Assembly: GCF_006345805.1 (NCBI RefSeq)
Contig: NC_043024.1
Span: 19,344,001 to 19,408,000, forward strand
Source: Octopus sinensis
Lineage: Eukaryota
DNA length: 64,000 nt
Direction of reading: 5' to 3'
In this document: positions 37,746 through 52,065 of the stretch, in pieces
Position numbering within the stretch: the first letter of the stretch is position 1
Layout: each line of letters begins with the position of its first letter
Notes under the pieces: generated by a model
What the model saw: the letters and a program-made list of their open reading frames with translations, nothing else
What the model was told of the DNA's origin: nothing
The model's database searches: none
Program-made: the position numbers and the translations under genes

Positions 37746-40049
37746 GCTTCCATACACTTTCCATCTATGAAATTCACCAGAGCTATAGTAGAAGCCACTT
37801 GACCAAGTTGCCACACAGTGGGACTGAACCCAAAACCACAGGGTTGCAAAGCAAGCTTCTTAACCACACATAAATATGTATATATATACAGGCTTCTTTC
37901 AGTTTCCTTCTACCAAATCCATTTACAAGGCTTTGGTCAACCCGGGGCTATAGTAGAAGACACTTGTCCAAGGTGCGACACTGTGGGACTTAACCCAGAA
38001 CCATGTGGTTGATAAGCAAGCTTCTTACCACACTGCCATGCCTGCACCTAGCAGTTTCTACAAACAATAAAGCAAACATAAGCAGTAAAAAGTGAGGCAC
38101 CAGAATTTTTCATGGATGGACATGTTGGGCATAACAAATAAAATTTAATGGCGAACAACAGAACAATAATCCTATGGTTTAAACCCTTCTGTGACCATAT
38201 TCCTAACATAATATTCTGCTTTTGTGATTGTATTAATTTTGAAAGCAATCAAGAATTTAGATGCACTTAGCAAATTAAATTTTTTCCATATCTGTTGAGA
38301 TTATTTGGGTTTGTGGAACATGATTTAACTTTAGGTTCTTACATAAAACTAAGATGGAACGCTTTAAAATTTCAACATGGATAATTCAAAATCAGGCAAT
38401 TTCTTGCATCATAAAACTTGAGGAATTGATTTCTTAGGTAGAATTGGTATCGAAACCGTTAATCTTTAAAGGAAAAAAAAGTCATTTTGAAAATTGGAAA
38501 TCTGAAATCTTAACAAAAATCATCATAATCACTATCGTCATTCTTACCATTGTCATCATTATCATCATCAAATAGTAATCATCATCATCAAGACTTTCAT
38601 TCTCATCACTGTCATTGTCGTCGTCATCATCATCATCATCATCAATCCATTGTTGTTACTAAAGTCTGCCAGGGCTCTGTATTTCTCTGTATATCGCTAG
38701 CAAAGCAGTTACTCCTATTTCCAGCAGTCGGATGTCTACCACTGACGAGGCCAAAAGAAGCTGAAATCATGTGATCTGATAGTCCTGACAACAGAAGCAG
38801 TGGTTACTGTCTGCCACTGGCAATATCCAAATAACCATATGAGAGTTTCTCTCTCTTGTGACCTACAGCCACATTGTACTATTTGTTCTTTTCTTATGGG
38901 CAGAATCGGCTCATGAGGAATATGAAGCAAACAGCTCTTCTTTATAAATATGTTTTTCAGTGATTTTCTGAGGAACAACCCTGCAGTTTCCTAGTAGATG
39001 GAAACTGAAAGAAGCCCACCGTATATCATCATCATCATCATCATCATCAGTTAATGTCCATTGTCCATGCTGACATGGGTTGGACAGTTTGACCAGGGCT
39101 GGTTAGCTGGAAGGCTGCACCAGACTCCAGTCGGATTTGGTATGGTTTTCTATGGCTGGATGCCCTTCTTAATGCCAACTTCCCACTCATACATATATAT
39201 ATGTGTGTGTATATGCGTGTGTCTGTATGTGTGTGTCTGTGTGTGTATGTCTTTGTGTTTGTTCCTCCATCACTGATTGACCTCTGGTGCTGGTGTGTTT
39301 ATGTCCCCATAACCTAGTGGTTTGGCAAAAGAAACCGATAGAATAATTACTAGGCTTAAAAAAGAAGTTCTTGGATAAATGTCTTCGACTAGACTCTTCA
39401 AGGTAGTGCTCCAGCATGGCTGCAGTCAAATGACTGAAACAAATAGAATAATAAAATAATAAAGAATGCAAAAATATAATATGTAGTTTCAGGCTGCTTG
39501 CCTTCATCAGACAGTGATACTTCCGAGTTCGTCTTAGCTTTGTATAATCCTAATAAATTGTTTTCTGTGATTGGTAGTGCTATGTGGAATGATAATTAGG
39601 TCTGATGTATGTATGTTAGCTTTAGATATTAGCAGAAATTAATAATATAAATATTGCCAAGCTTCATTAATTTAATGTTAAACAAATAACAATTCATCTA
39701 AATTCTGCCAATTAATGATTGATGGGTGGTCATTCTTCAGATGATGGTCATATTTGGATTAATTAAGTTGGCAATCTACTTGATGAAACATTACCAGCAT
39801 TTAGAGATGAATATACATACACCTATTTATATATAAGCACTGGTAAATACAAATATTTATATATATGCACACACACACACACACGTACAGACACACACAT
39901 CAGTCGGAGAAATCTTTGTGTTACTCTATTTTCTTCACTTCTCCTTACACTGATCTGATATCACCTGCCTCCGACTCATTCCTTATTTCCAATCACCTGC
40001 CACACTATTTTATGATAATGATATGCATAAGATCTGTCATCAAATCTAA

Positions 40050-40502
40050 GTAGAGATTTCAAACTTAAAATCTTCAAGGCCACAGTCGAACCAATTCTAC
40101 TATATGGCTCAGAAACCTGGACGTTATCAAAGAAGCTTGAGAGGCGGTTGGATGGAACCTACACTCGCCTCCTTAAGAGAGCTCAAAATCTCTTGTGGAA
40201 GCGTCATCCAACCAAAGTACAAATATATGGGAAACTACCACCTGTGTCATTTCTTGTGAAAGGTAGAAGAGTCCAGTTTGCTGGACATTGTTGCAGAGCT
40301 GAAAACGAGGTAATTTCTACTCTTCTCCTCTGGAAGCCATCTACTCACAATATCAGAGGGCGCACACTCTCTTACCCTGATGTAATCTCCAGGGATACAG
40401 GCATCCAGCAACAGGACCTCCGTAATGCTATGATGGACCGTGAAGTCTGGCATAACATAGTAATTTCCATTGTCTCGACCACGGTCGAACAATGATGATG
40501 AT
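40050..40502 (+). mobile_element. RTE-like LINE 3' fragment
   Basis: Translates KIFKATVEPILLYGSETWTLSKKLERRLDGTYTRLL...RVQFAGHC...SIVSTTVEQ* followed by a (TGA)n tail. Confidence 0.85.
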
Positions 40503-41024
40503 TTTCTCTCAGTGCACTTATCTACACATCCACCTTTTCCCCTCTTCTCTCCTATTCTGTCTTATATTCACTTTGTACCTGGACCTCACATCTCTTTTAT
40601 TTCTCCCTCACTTTCTAGGAGGGCAAACCATGTATTCACCTCCTCAGCCAGACAGCTGCTCCTTGCCCCCCTCTCTCTCTCTCTCTCTCTCTCTATTCTA
40701 GTTTCTTCTCCCTCCATTCTATACCCTGCTCAGTTGAGGGGTCTTAGCTTGCAGCTACATGGCAATCTGACCATTGCTGATGTCATATAAAAAGCACCCA
40801 GTACACTCTGTTAAGTGGTTGGTGTTAGGAAAGGCACCCAGCTGTAGAATTCAATGCCAAAGCAGATATGAAACCTGGCAGAACCCTCTGGCTTATATGT
40901 TCTTATCAAACTGCTCAACACAAGCCAATATATTTGGTCATCCCATAAATAATGTGGTTTTCCTTGATTGCATGAAATAAAAGACAGAGTGGAGTGGGAT
41001 AAACTACCTGTGTCAACTTGCTAT

Positions 41025-41197
41025 AAAACCAGGTAGTAATTTTACTTTGTACTTATTCTTAATGCGAGTTTTGAAAAGTGCAGTTCGGTTTTTCCAAAGC
41101 TGTAAATGGAAGTGACAAAGGAACATATTTGGCAAATTTTGCTTTATGAGTTCAATAAAGGCAACAACGCAATGGAATATGTGAGGAATATTAATGC
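41025..41197 (+). mobile_element. mariner transposase N-terminal relic
   Basis: From 41106: MEVTKEHIWQILLYEFNKGNNAMEYVRNINA, a typical mariner HTH start. Confidence 0.7.
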
Positions 41198-41282
41198 AGC
41201 TAGGTTCTATAACCACAAAATTAGGGATAAAATTCGACAGGAACGAAATGAAAAAACATTTTTATTGTTATAGAACCTAGCT
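41198..41282. mobile_element. 85-bp mini-element with 16-bp perfect terminal inverted repeats
   Basis: agctaggttctataac ... gttatagaacctagct. Confidence 0.6.
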
Positions 41283-41585
41283 GTTCTTTCTAGCGTTTTG
41301 AATCCCACGAGTGAATTCCTTGTGTTTAAATGTATACTATATATTATGATTGGGGACTAAATTTTTACACGTTAGGCCACTGGAAGCGAAAATTTCTATT
41401 AATTTTCCATTTCCCTTTGATATGATTAAGTGTATATATACATATATGAATGGCGGTGCCCCAGCATGGCCACAGCTCGTGAGCTGAAACTAGATAAAAT
41501 ATAAAATATAAATATATATACATATATGTAAATGTATATATATATGTGTATATATATATATGTGTGTATATATATGTATATATGT

Positions 41586-41878
41586 GGAGGCGCAATGGCC
41601 CAGTGGTTGGGGCAGCAGACTCGCAGTCGCAGGATCGCAGTTTTGATTCCCAGACCGGGCGTTGTGTGTGTTTATTGAGCGAAAACACCTAAAAGCCTCA
41701 CGACGCTCCGGCAGGGGGTGGTGATCCCTGCTGTACTCTTTCACCACTCTTTCTCCCACTCTTTCTTCTGTTGGCCTGCTCTCTTAGCCAGCGGGGTGGC
41801 GTCATTCGAACGCATTGTGACCAGCGATGTGTAACAACATCTGATAGCCTGGTCGGTCATGGTGATCACGGTGATATA
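41586..41878 (+). mobile_element. tRNA-derived SINE (family D-related)
   Basis: ggaggcgcaatggcccagtggtt head, B-box-like ttgattccc, 3' gcattgtgaccagcgatgtg shared with ~27950. Confidence 0.7.
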
Positions 41879-42839
41879 TATATAAATGTGTATATATATA
41901 TATATATATATATGTGCGTGTATATATATATAAATGAATATTTATATGTGTGTGTGTGTATATATATATTTATATACAATTTCTCTTGTGAAGGCACATG
42001 GCTTAGTGGTTATAGCATCAAGTTCACAATCATTAGGTAGTGTGTTTGATTCCTGGACTGAGCTGTGTGTTGTGTCCTTGAGCAAGACACTTTGTCTCAC
42101 ATTTCCCCAGTTAACTCATCTGTAGAAATAAGTTGCACCATCACTGTTGCCAAGCAGTGTTAGCCTTTACCTCTCCCTTGGACAACATCAGTGTCATGGC
42201 GATGGGAAGCTGAGATACATTGGCAATAAGCTTGCCCAGGCTTGTGCCTCGGAGGGGAACATTCTAGGTGCAATCTCATGATCATTCATGACTAATGAGG
42301 GTCTTAACCCTCTACGCTTTCCCTTAAATCACACCATACAGTTTTAAAATTTGAAAGACCCTATATTGGATAATGTAATTCCAGACACAGGCCTCATTCT
42401 CTCATCCTTTAAACTCTTATCCCCTGACATAAAGACAAGGCAATCCCTCTCTAATGTAGTCCAACTAAGTCAAAATTAGTCTTAGTTTTGCATGCTACAT
42501 GGCAACCTCACTAGTGCTGGTGCCGTGAAATAAGCTCTCCGTCCAGTGTGGAAATCAGCTGGCACTAGGAAGGACATCAAGCCATCAAAAACATACCATG
42601 ACAAAACATGTGGGACTGATATAGGAACATGATGCAGTCCTAACCCACATGTGATTCAGTCAAATTGTCAAACCCATGCCAGACTGGATCATCATCATCA
42701 TCATTATCATCATCATCATTTAAGGGCCATCTCCCTTGCAGGAATGCCTTGAACAGTTTAACAGGCGGTGGTAAGCAAGGGGACTGCACCAAGCTCTGCT
42801 GTATGAAATCACCTGGCTTACCAGCTTCTGAACATTAAA

Positions 42840-42929
42840 TAATGATGATGGTGATGATGACAACAATGATGATGATGGTGATGGTGGTGGCAGTGGTGAT
42901 GACAACAACAATGGGGATGGTCTTGATGA

Positions 42930-42963
<34 letters not shown>

Positions 42964-43037
42964 GGTGGTGGTGGTGGTGGTGGTGGTGATGATGACTATG
43001 ATGATGATGATGATGATGATGATGGTGATGGTGGTGG

Positions 43038-43075
<38 letters not shown>

Positions 43076-43212
43076 GTGATGACGATGATGAATATGATGA
43101 CGATGATGATGACAATGATGATGATGACTATGATGATGATGATGATAAGGACTATGATGATGATGTCTATGACGACTATGATGATGACGATGATGACTAT
43201 GATGATGATGAT
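42840..43212. repeat. (ATG/GTG)n trinucleotide repeat
   Basis: The poly-M and poly-H ORFs are artefacts. Confidence 0.95.
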
Positions 43213-44099
43213 AATTTACAATCAAAAAATTGTTTTAAATGGTATGGTCATAGCTGGAACAGCTCTGATCATCCGATCAGAAGCAATCTTGCTCAATCCG
43301 AGCTAAGATGGGTGGGGGTTAAATAACGATGGAAAATAATTAAACCAAAGAAATGCATAAATAATAATTATCCTGTCACTGAAAACACTTAATTAAAAAT
43401 TAAACGGCTTTAAACGAAGTATGTTTCCATAATTGCACAGTTTTCTATTTAAACCGAAAACAGCAATAAAATCATTAATTAATATTTTAATCTACAAAGT
43501 TATTTTGTAAACATTAATTTTTAATGTGATGCACTGGTTTTTAACGAACAAAAACGGTCGGAATTGACAGGAAGAATTCCGTCACTTTGTCTCCAGAAAC
43601 AATAAACCGTCTGAAATCAGTGGAGCATTGAATTTTTAAGCCAGTCAGTATTTTTTTGGTGAAGATGACCCGGTGGTAAGAGTGTTACACTCGTGATTGT
43701 AAGGTCACAGTTTCAATTCTCAGACTGGGAAGTGCATAGTATTCTTGATCAATGCGCAGGAGTGGCTGTGTGGTAAGTAGCTTGTTTACCAACCACATGG
43801 TTCCGGGTTCAGTCCCACTGTGTGGCACCTTGGGCCAGTCAGTACTTATTTGGTGAAGATGGTCAGGTTGTAAGAGTGTTACACTCGTGATTGTAAGATC
43901 ACAGTTTCAATTCTCAGACTGGGAAGTGCATAGTATTCTTGATTGATGCGCAGGGGTGGCTGTGTGGTAAGTAGCTTGTTTACCAGCCACATGGTAACCT
44001 TGGGCAAGTGTCTTCTACTATAGCCTCGGGCCGACCAAAGCCTTGTGAGTGGATTTGGTAGACAGAAACTGAAAGAAGCCTGTCGTATATATGTATATA

Positions 44100-44280
44100 T
44101 ATTTTTTTCTCTCCTTGTTTCTCTCCTTGTTTTTTTTGTGTATCTTTCTGTCGAAGAGCGTAGGCTCAAAATGTAAAAGACTTGTTCTATTTTTATTCCT
44201 GAGCGCCATACTAATACATTTGTTTGTGTGTACTCCACCTGCCTTCGTCTTTTGTTTATTTTCGTAAACCTTCCCATTAT
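44100..44280 (+). mobile_element. Penelope-like remnant with decayed hammerhead (44144-44179), inserted in the central repeat of a family A SINE (43948-44516)
   Basis: CTTT-CTGTCGA-aGAGC gtag GCTC-AAAAT-GTA-AAAG; SINE halves lie on both sides. Confidence 0.6.
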
Positions 44281-44954
44281 ATATATATATGTATATATAT
44301 GTGTGTGTGTGTGTTTGTGTTTCTGTGTTTGTCCCCCTAGCATTGCTTGACAACTGATGCTGGTGTTTATGTCCCTGTTACTTAGTGGTTTGGCAAAAGA
44401 GACCGATAGAATAAGTACTGGGCTTACAAAAGAATAAGTCCCGGGGTCGAGTTGCTTGACTAAAGGCGGTGCTTCAGTATGGCCGCAGTCAAATGACTGA
44501 GACAAGTAAAAGAGTAATGCTCTGTATTTCACGTTGCTTTATTTCACTCAGCAGTAAATGAGTATCTCTAGATGAGTCGTGTGTCTTGTTTAAGGTCACC
44601 CTTGTGATCTCCATCCCTTGTGGACATTGGATGACCAGCTCTAGGACTCCTATGGCTTGAGATAAGTGATGTCTTTGGGTTAATGATAACGAGTGCTTAT
44701 TTGTATTATCTTTTGGCTTTTACTTGCTTCAATAATTTAAATGCGACCATGCTGGGGCACCACTCTGGACAGTTTTTAGTCGAATGAATCAACAGCAGTA
44801 CATTTTTTAAAAACCTGGTACTTATTCTGTTGATCTCTTTTGTCAAACCACTAAGTTATGGGGGTCATAAACACATGAACACCAGTTGTCAAGTGGTAGG
44901 GATAGTGGTGGACAAACACAGACACAAAGATACACACATGCATATATATATATA

Positions 44955-45175
44955 CTCTTACTCTTTACTCTTTTACTTGTTTCAGTCATTTGACTGCGGC
45001 CATGCTGGAGCACCACCTTTAATCGAGCAACTCGACCCCGGGACTTATTCTTTTGTAAGCCCAGTACTTATTCTATTGGTCTCTTTTGCCCAACCGCTAA
45101 GTAACGTGGACATAAACACACCAGCATCGGTTGTCAAGCAATGCTAGGGGGACAAACACAAACACACAAACACAA

Positions 45176-45210
<35 letters not shown>

Positions 45211-45380
45211 CATATATACGACGGGCTTCTTTCAGTTTCCGTCTACCAAATCTACTCACAAGGCTTTGGTCGGCCCGAGGCTATAGTCGAAGATACTTGC
45301 CCAAGGTACCACGCAGTGGGACTGAACCCGGAACCATGTGGTTCGTTAGCAAGCTACTTACCACACAGCCACTCCTGCAC
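44955..45380 (-). mobile_element. SINE family A, full length
   Basis: Reverse complement match to family A. Confidence 0.9.
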
Positions 45381-45701
45381 CTATATATATATATATATTT
45401 ATAAAAATACAAAATGGTACAAAAACGCAAAACATCCAGATAGACGATGCAAAAAACACGGATGGGTCATTCGAAGCCTTTAATCTTCAGTCAAGAATCA
45501 GATCATCCGTGCAATTTCAGCTGATTAATCTTGAGATTGCTCCAATCTGGCCAGCCCCAAGGAAAATCTAAGCTAAGAGCATTAGATTCCTTGGAAAAAA
45601 GCTTTGAATGTATACGAAACAAGGATGATGTTACATGAATATAAAGACAAAAATAATACAAAAAAAGCAATAATAATATGTGTGTGTGTGTGTGTGTGTG
45701 C

Positions 45702-45750
<49 letters not shown>

Positions 45751-46212
45751 ATGAAGTTCTTTCTGTTTCCATCTACCACATCCACTCATAAGGTTCTGGT
45801 CAGCCCAAGGTTCAAAATGCCATGTAGTGGGACTGAACCCGGAACCATGTGGTTGGGAAGCAAGCTTCTTACCACACAGCCATGCCTGTGTTCAAAACCT
45901 GTTATCTTTTATTTGTTTCAGTCATTTGACTGCGTCCATACTGGGGCACTTCTTTGAAGGGTTTTAGTCAAACAAATTGACACCAAGTCTTATTTTTTAA
46001 AGCCAGCTTCTGATTATATTGATTTCTTTTGACAAACTGCTAAGTTACAGGGACATATACAAACCAACATAAGCTGTCAAGTGAAGGTGGTGAGGGAGAA
46101 ACTCAGACATTTACACACACACACACACATATATGATGGGCTTCTTTTAATTTCCATCCACCAAATCCATTCACAAGGCTGTGGTCAACCTGAGGCTATA
46201 CTAGAAGACACT

Positions 46213-46631
46213 AGAAGGCGGCGAGCTGGCAGAAACGTTAGCACGCCAGGTGAAATGCGTAGCCGTATTTCGTCAGTTGTTACGTTCCAAGTTCAAATTC
46301 CGCCGAGGTCGACTTTGCCTGTCATCCTTTCGGGGTCGATAAATTAAGTACCAGTTACACACTGCGGTCGATGTAATCACTTAATCCCTTTGTCTGTCCT
46401 TGTTTGTCCCCTCTGTGTTTACCCCTTTGTGGGTAGTAAAGAAATAGGTATTTCGTCTGCCGTTACGTTCTGAGTTCAAATTCCGCCGACGTCGACTTTG
46501 CCTTTCATCATTTCGGGGTTGATAAATTAAGTACCAGTTACGCACTGGGGTCGATGTAATCGACATAATCCCTTTGTCTGTCCTTGTTTGTCCCCTCTGT
46601 GTTTAGCCCTTTGTGGGTAGTAAAGAAATAT
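46213..46631 (+). mobile_element. SINE family B nested in a family A SINE with a 15-bp TSD
   Basis: atactagaagacact at 46198-46212 and 46632-46646; two internal modules. Confidence 0.85.
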
Positions 46632-46932
46632 ATACTAGAAGACACTTGTCCAATGTGCCATGCATTGGGACTGATCCTGGAACCATGGAGTTGGGAAGCA
46701 AGCTTCTTACCACACAGCCATGCCTGTGTTCCAAGCCTGCTAGATTACATTTTTCTCACTGTTTTACTCTTCCTTGCTTTTAGGCTGTTTTATAAGACTG
46801 TCATTTTATAAGACAAACACAATTATTATGGTGAATTTTCTTCGCAGATTAAAATATTAATTCTTGATTTTTTTCCTTAAATGAAAATCAACTTTTAATT
46901 ATAAAAACCTGCTTCATTTAAAACTATTCAAT

Positions 46933-47385
46933 TTTAACTCTTTTGTCACCATATTCCATATTTCTGCTGAAATACCCTCTCTTTGTTTCAATTAATTTCG
47001 AAAATAAAGAAAAATTTTGCAAAATAATTTTGTCATTAAGCTGGTGCTTGGAAAATAAATTAACATGAACTTTTGAAGGGCAGTTTTAATTTAGGTTAGA
47101 GTAAGGTGGAATTTGTGTTATAGATTTTGGGGCAGCCTCAGGCAGGCTGGCATCAGAATGGTTTTAGCTCTTTTGTTACCATATTTCTGTTGAGACAACA
47201 CTGTCTTTGTTTCAACTGATTTTGCAAATGATGAAGAATTTCTTAAAATAACTGTCATTATTTAGCTGTTTTTTGGAACATGACATGGAATGTTGATGGA
47301 GAGCTTTTGATAAAATCAAGAAACAAAAAATTGTATCATAGGACTAGTTGGAGACTTAGACAGGTTAGTACCAAAAGAGCTAACA
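46933..47385 (-). mobile_element. Two degenerate copies of the 4147-type piggyBac-like MITE
   Basis: ttaactcttttgtcacc / ttagctcttttgttaccatatttctgttgag match the reverse complement of the 4147-4879 unit end. Confidence 0.55.
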
Positions 47386-47574
47386 CTTGTTGTTGTCATC
47401 ATCATCATCGTCGTCGTCATCACCATCATCATCATTCAGTGTGTGTTTTCCTTGCTGGCATGGGTTAGACAGCTTGATGGGAACTGGTAAGCTGGAGAGC
47501 TGTACCAGGCTCCCATCTGGTTTAACTTGGTTTCTACTGCTGGATGCCCCTTCCTAAGGCCAACCACTCCATTA

Positions 47575-47974
47575 TCTCTCTATATATAAACGGCAGTTTG
47601 TCTGTCTGTGTGTCTGTCAGGTTGTACCCTCACCCCGGCCATGGCTTTCAACCGATTCTGATGAAACTTGACACACACATAGCCCAATGTCATAATTCAA
47701 AACTAACGCAGCGAAAATTCTGAAAAGTTCCCCCAGTTCTGAAAAAAATCGATAAATTCGACATGGGGTCGAGAATCTAAGCTTTTTATATGCAACACAT
47801 TTTCTGTCGGGAGACAGCTAGGAACATCATATACATAGAAGTATTCGAGTGAAGAGAAGACATTGCAGCCTACACATGCGCCTTCGTTCCCTAGAGGGAA
47901 AGGACTAGATTGGGATTAGTCGTTGCCTACTAGGGGCTCTTACATACCCGGGCAACGCCGGGCTATGCTGCTAG
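47575..47974 (+). mobile_element. Non-autonomous Helitron
   Basis: A|TCTCTCTATATATAAACGGCAG start; CCCGGGCAACGCCGGG hairpin; CTAG|T end. Confidence 0.8.
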
Positions 47975-50016
47975 TTATTATTATTATTATTAGAGTGCCG
48001 AGAAAAATGCATTGCGATTTTTTGTTCTGGCATTTTACAATCTCAGATCAAATCCTACTGCGTTCAGATTTGTCTTTCATCCATCTGAGAACAGTATAAT
48101 GAAGTACTGGTCAAGTGTTGGTATTGATTTTTACCGACAAACACCATCTCTCCAAAATTCAAGTCCTGTGCATATATAAGAATCCGTCATCATCATCATC
48201 ATCATCATTAATTCTATTCCATAGAATGTTATAGATATCTTCTTCTGATATAACTCCTTTCCAATCTACAAGACATCCTTCATCCACATCCTTCTCATCA
48301 CCATCATCATCATCATCATGTACCATCTACTCTCAGCAGGGGTGGGGGATGCCATAGATTTGTTATTTCTGTTTTTCTCCCGATGCCATTATTATCCACT
48401 CTCTGTATTCTAAATCTTTCCAGTTCTTGAGAGCCATCTAAGGGATTCTTATGTCCCCCCACCAACCACCAGTACTATTCTTTCTTTTCCCCGTCATTTT
48501 GCCTTTTGTTATTAGTTTCTTTCTCCCTCTCTCCCTCTCTCATTTTCACGCTATCTATCTATCTATCTATCTGTCTATCTATCTATCTGTCTATCTATCT
48601 ATCTGTCTATCTATCTATCTATCTATCTATCTGTCTATCTATCTATCTATCTATCTATCTACCTATCTATCTACCTATCTATCTATCTGTCTGCCTGTCT
48701 ATCTATCCATCTTTCTCCCTGTCTTATCTATCCATCTACCTATCTATCTGTCAGTCTGTCTATCATCTATTTATCATCTGTCAGTCAGTCTGAGAATTTC
48801 TGTCTACCTGTCTATCTATCAGTCAACCAACCAGCCGACCGACAACCAACCAACCAACCAACCAACCAACCAACCAACCAATCAATCAATCAATCAATCG
48901 TTTGTATTTAAATGTCCAAGATATTTTCCCTTTCTTTCTCTTGAAACAAACCAAAGAAATTTTCATACTCTTTACCATTTTTAGTTCTTTGGCATCGGTT
49001 TGGTGTTCTGCATTTTTTGGAACATAAATATCAACCCAATTGACTGGTACTTTATTCTATCAACCTCAGAAAGATGTAAAACAGCTAAAATTTGGTAGGA
49101 TTTGAACCTAAATATGTAAAGAACCATAACCAAGACTTATGATGGTTGAGATGGGTGTTCAGCCAGTATACTGGTTCAGGGCCAAGGTAAAGGTCCCAGT
49201 TATTTATTGAAGAATTTTCCTAAACCTAAAAGAGCTCAGCACCTTTCAACTTTTGAAAGACAAATCACCCCCTTTTATCACGGGTCCCCCATTCTCAGGA
49301 TCAACCCTTTCCGTTCTGTTAACCCTAAATGTAACCCCTTTTCTCCTGAGCTATGACAGCTATACCTCATCGTTGACACCTCTCTCATTTATGCCATGGA
49401 TTATCAAGAACCCAACACCATTGCTTGTCTCTCATTATATCCAGGTACCCTCAAGCCTGGGTTCTTGAAAGGAATTTTATTCTGCTTTGCCAAATTTCTC
49501 CTGGAGATTTGGACTATAATTATATTCTGCAATGCCATTTTTCCATTATTTCAACATTCTTCTTCTTCTTCTTCTTCTTCTTCTTCTTCTTCTTCTTCTT
49601 CTTCTTCTTCTTCTTCTCTTCTTCTTCTTCTTCTTCTTCTTCTTCTTCTTCTTCTTCTTCTTCTTCTTCTCCACCTCCTCCTCTTCCTCTTTATAATGAT
49701 GAGGAGGATGATGATGATGATGATGATGATTTCAAATTTTTCGACAAGGGCAGCCAATTTGGGGGAGGAGATGTGTCGATTACATCAACCCCAGTATTCC
49801 ACTGATACTTAATTGATTGACCCCAAAAGAATGAACGGCAATGTTGACCTCAGTGGAATTTGACCACAGAATGTAGAGACAGACAAAATTCCACAGGTGA
49901 AATCAATAGCAAAGGAAAATGCGTTCGAACAATTGGCTGACAGATGAGAACAAAAACCTCTGCATGGAAAATATGTGGTTCGTAGCAAATAAGCTGATGT
50001 AGACCAGAAGCACACC

Positions 50017-50630
50017 CATCAAAGAAGCTTGAGAGGCGGTTGGATGGAACCTACACTCGCCTCCTTATGAGAGCTCAAAATCTCTCGTGGAAGCGTCATC
50101 CAACCAAAGTACAAATATATGGGAAACTACCACCTGTGTCATCTCTTGTGAAATGTAGAAGAGTCCAATTTGCTGGACATTGTCGTAGAGCTGAAAACGA
50201 GGTAATTTCTACTCTTCTCCTCTGGAAGCCATCTACTCGCAATACCAGAGGGCGCACACTCTTCGAGAGGCAGTTGGATGGAACCTACACTCGCCTCCTT
50301 ATGAGAGCTCAAAATCTCTCATGGAAGCGTCATCCAACCAAAATGCAAATATATGGGAAACTACCACCTGTGTCATCTCTTGTGAAAGGTAGGAGAGTCC
50401 AGTTTGCTGGACATTGTTGTAGAGCTGAAAACGAGGCAATTTCTACTCTTCTCCTCTGGAAGCCATCTGCTTGCAACACCAGAGGGCGCACTCTCTCCTA
50501 CTCTGATGTAATCTCCAGGGATACAGGCATCCAGCAACAGGACCTCCGTAATGCCATGATGGACCATGAAGTCTAGCGTAGCATGGTAAATTCCATTGTC
50601 TCGACCATGGTCGAACAATGATGATGATGA
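50017..50630 (+). mobile_element. RTE-like LINE 3' fragment with internal tandem duplication
   Basis: Same family as 40050-40502; DGTYTRLL...GRTL is encoded twice in ORF 50040-50576; (TGA)n tail. Confidence 0.85.
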
Positions 50631-50644
50631 TCAGTGAATACAGA

Positions 50645-51305
50645 GCTCAGGGCTAAAGGCAGAGAGTGAACACTTTATTTTGGCTGCTCAAGATCAGAGC
50701 TTATTGACCCAGAACTATCAAACCAATTGAGTAGACCCAAAGTGCTGATACTGCAATGATGGGATTGAAATAGTGGACCACCTAATCTCTGGGTGTAAGG
50801 TTTTAGCACCTGTAGAATACAAATCAAGACTTGACAGAGTTGGTCAATATTTACATTGGAGAATGTGTCACCATTGTAAAATCAAAACTGCTTTCAAATG
50901 GTACAAGTACCACCTGAGGCTGTAATTGAAGGCAAAAATATAATGATTTTTTTGGGACTTTCCAGTATGTACAGACCAAACCATCAAAGTTAATAAACCA
51001 GAAATTGTTGTGAAAGACCAATACAATAAAGTCTGTTTATTGATTGACATGAGCATCCATAATATCATAATATCTTGGCAAAAGAATTTGGTAAGCTCAG
51101 AAGATATTAAGATTTCCTAATCGATATCGAAAAGATGTGGCATCTTAATATGGTTACAATACCAGTGATTGTAGGAGCACTTGGAATGATCAAAAAACGA
51201 ACTGAAAATTATTTTTGAGAATGATGCCTGGCTTACCATCCATGCAGGGAGTGCAAAAGATTGTCTTAACTGGTACGTCACATGTATTGAGAAGAGCTTT
51301 GTCTA
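50645..51305 (+). mobile_element. R4/Dong-clade LINE C-terminal relic (zinc knuckle + restriction-like endonuclease)
   Basis: Frame-corrected: AAQDQSLL..C.YCNDGIE.VDHLISGC...WDFPVCTDQTIKVNKPEIVVKD..LLIDMS..IPVIVGALGMI. Confidence 0.8.
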
Positions 51306-51794
51306 TTTTTTAAAATATATTTCTTTATTGCCCACAAGGGGCTAAGCATAGAGGGGACAAACAAGGACAGACAAAGGGATTAAGTCGATTATATTGACCC
51401 CAGTGCGTAACTGGTTCTTAATTTATCGACCCCGAAAGGATGAAAGGCAAAGTCGACCTCGGCGGAAATTGAACTCAGAACGTAACGGCCGATGGAATAC
51501 AGCTATGCATTTCGCCCGGTGTGCTAACCACTCTGCCAGCTTGCTGCTTTGTCACTGTGAATTTTCTTTCCTTCTTTCACTTTATTTTCTTTGTTTATTT
51601 TTTTTTATTTCTTATTTTTCTCTCAGGCTTTCTTCCTCTTCTCTATCACATCTCTTTGTAAATGAACAATCTGGTGTGTTTGTTTTAATGGCCTACCAAT
51701 GGAGACAGTAAGCTTCTTTGCCCTAAGTGTCAGGAAGACACTCAGCAAGAAATGGAAACAGAATTGAAAGATGATGATAACGATAATAATAATA

Positions 51795-52065
51795 ATAATC
51801 ATCATCATCATCATCATCATCGTTTAGTGTTCGCTTTCCATGCTAGTTTGGGTTGGACGGTTCACCTGGGGTCTGGGAAGCCAGAAGGCTGCACCAGGCT
51901 CCAGTCTGATCTGGCAGTGTTTCTACAGCTGGATGCCCTTCCTAACGCCAACCACTCCGTGAGTGTAGTGGGTGCTTTTTACATGCCACCGACACAGGTG
52001 CCAGACGAGGCTGGCAAACGGCCACGATCGGATGGTGCTTTTTATGTGCCACCGGCACGGACGTG
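51795..52065 (-). mobile_element. Short copy of the RTE 3' tail with two hairpin modules
   Basis: Homologous to 5940-6190. Confidence 0.85.
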
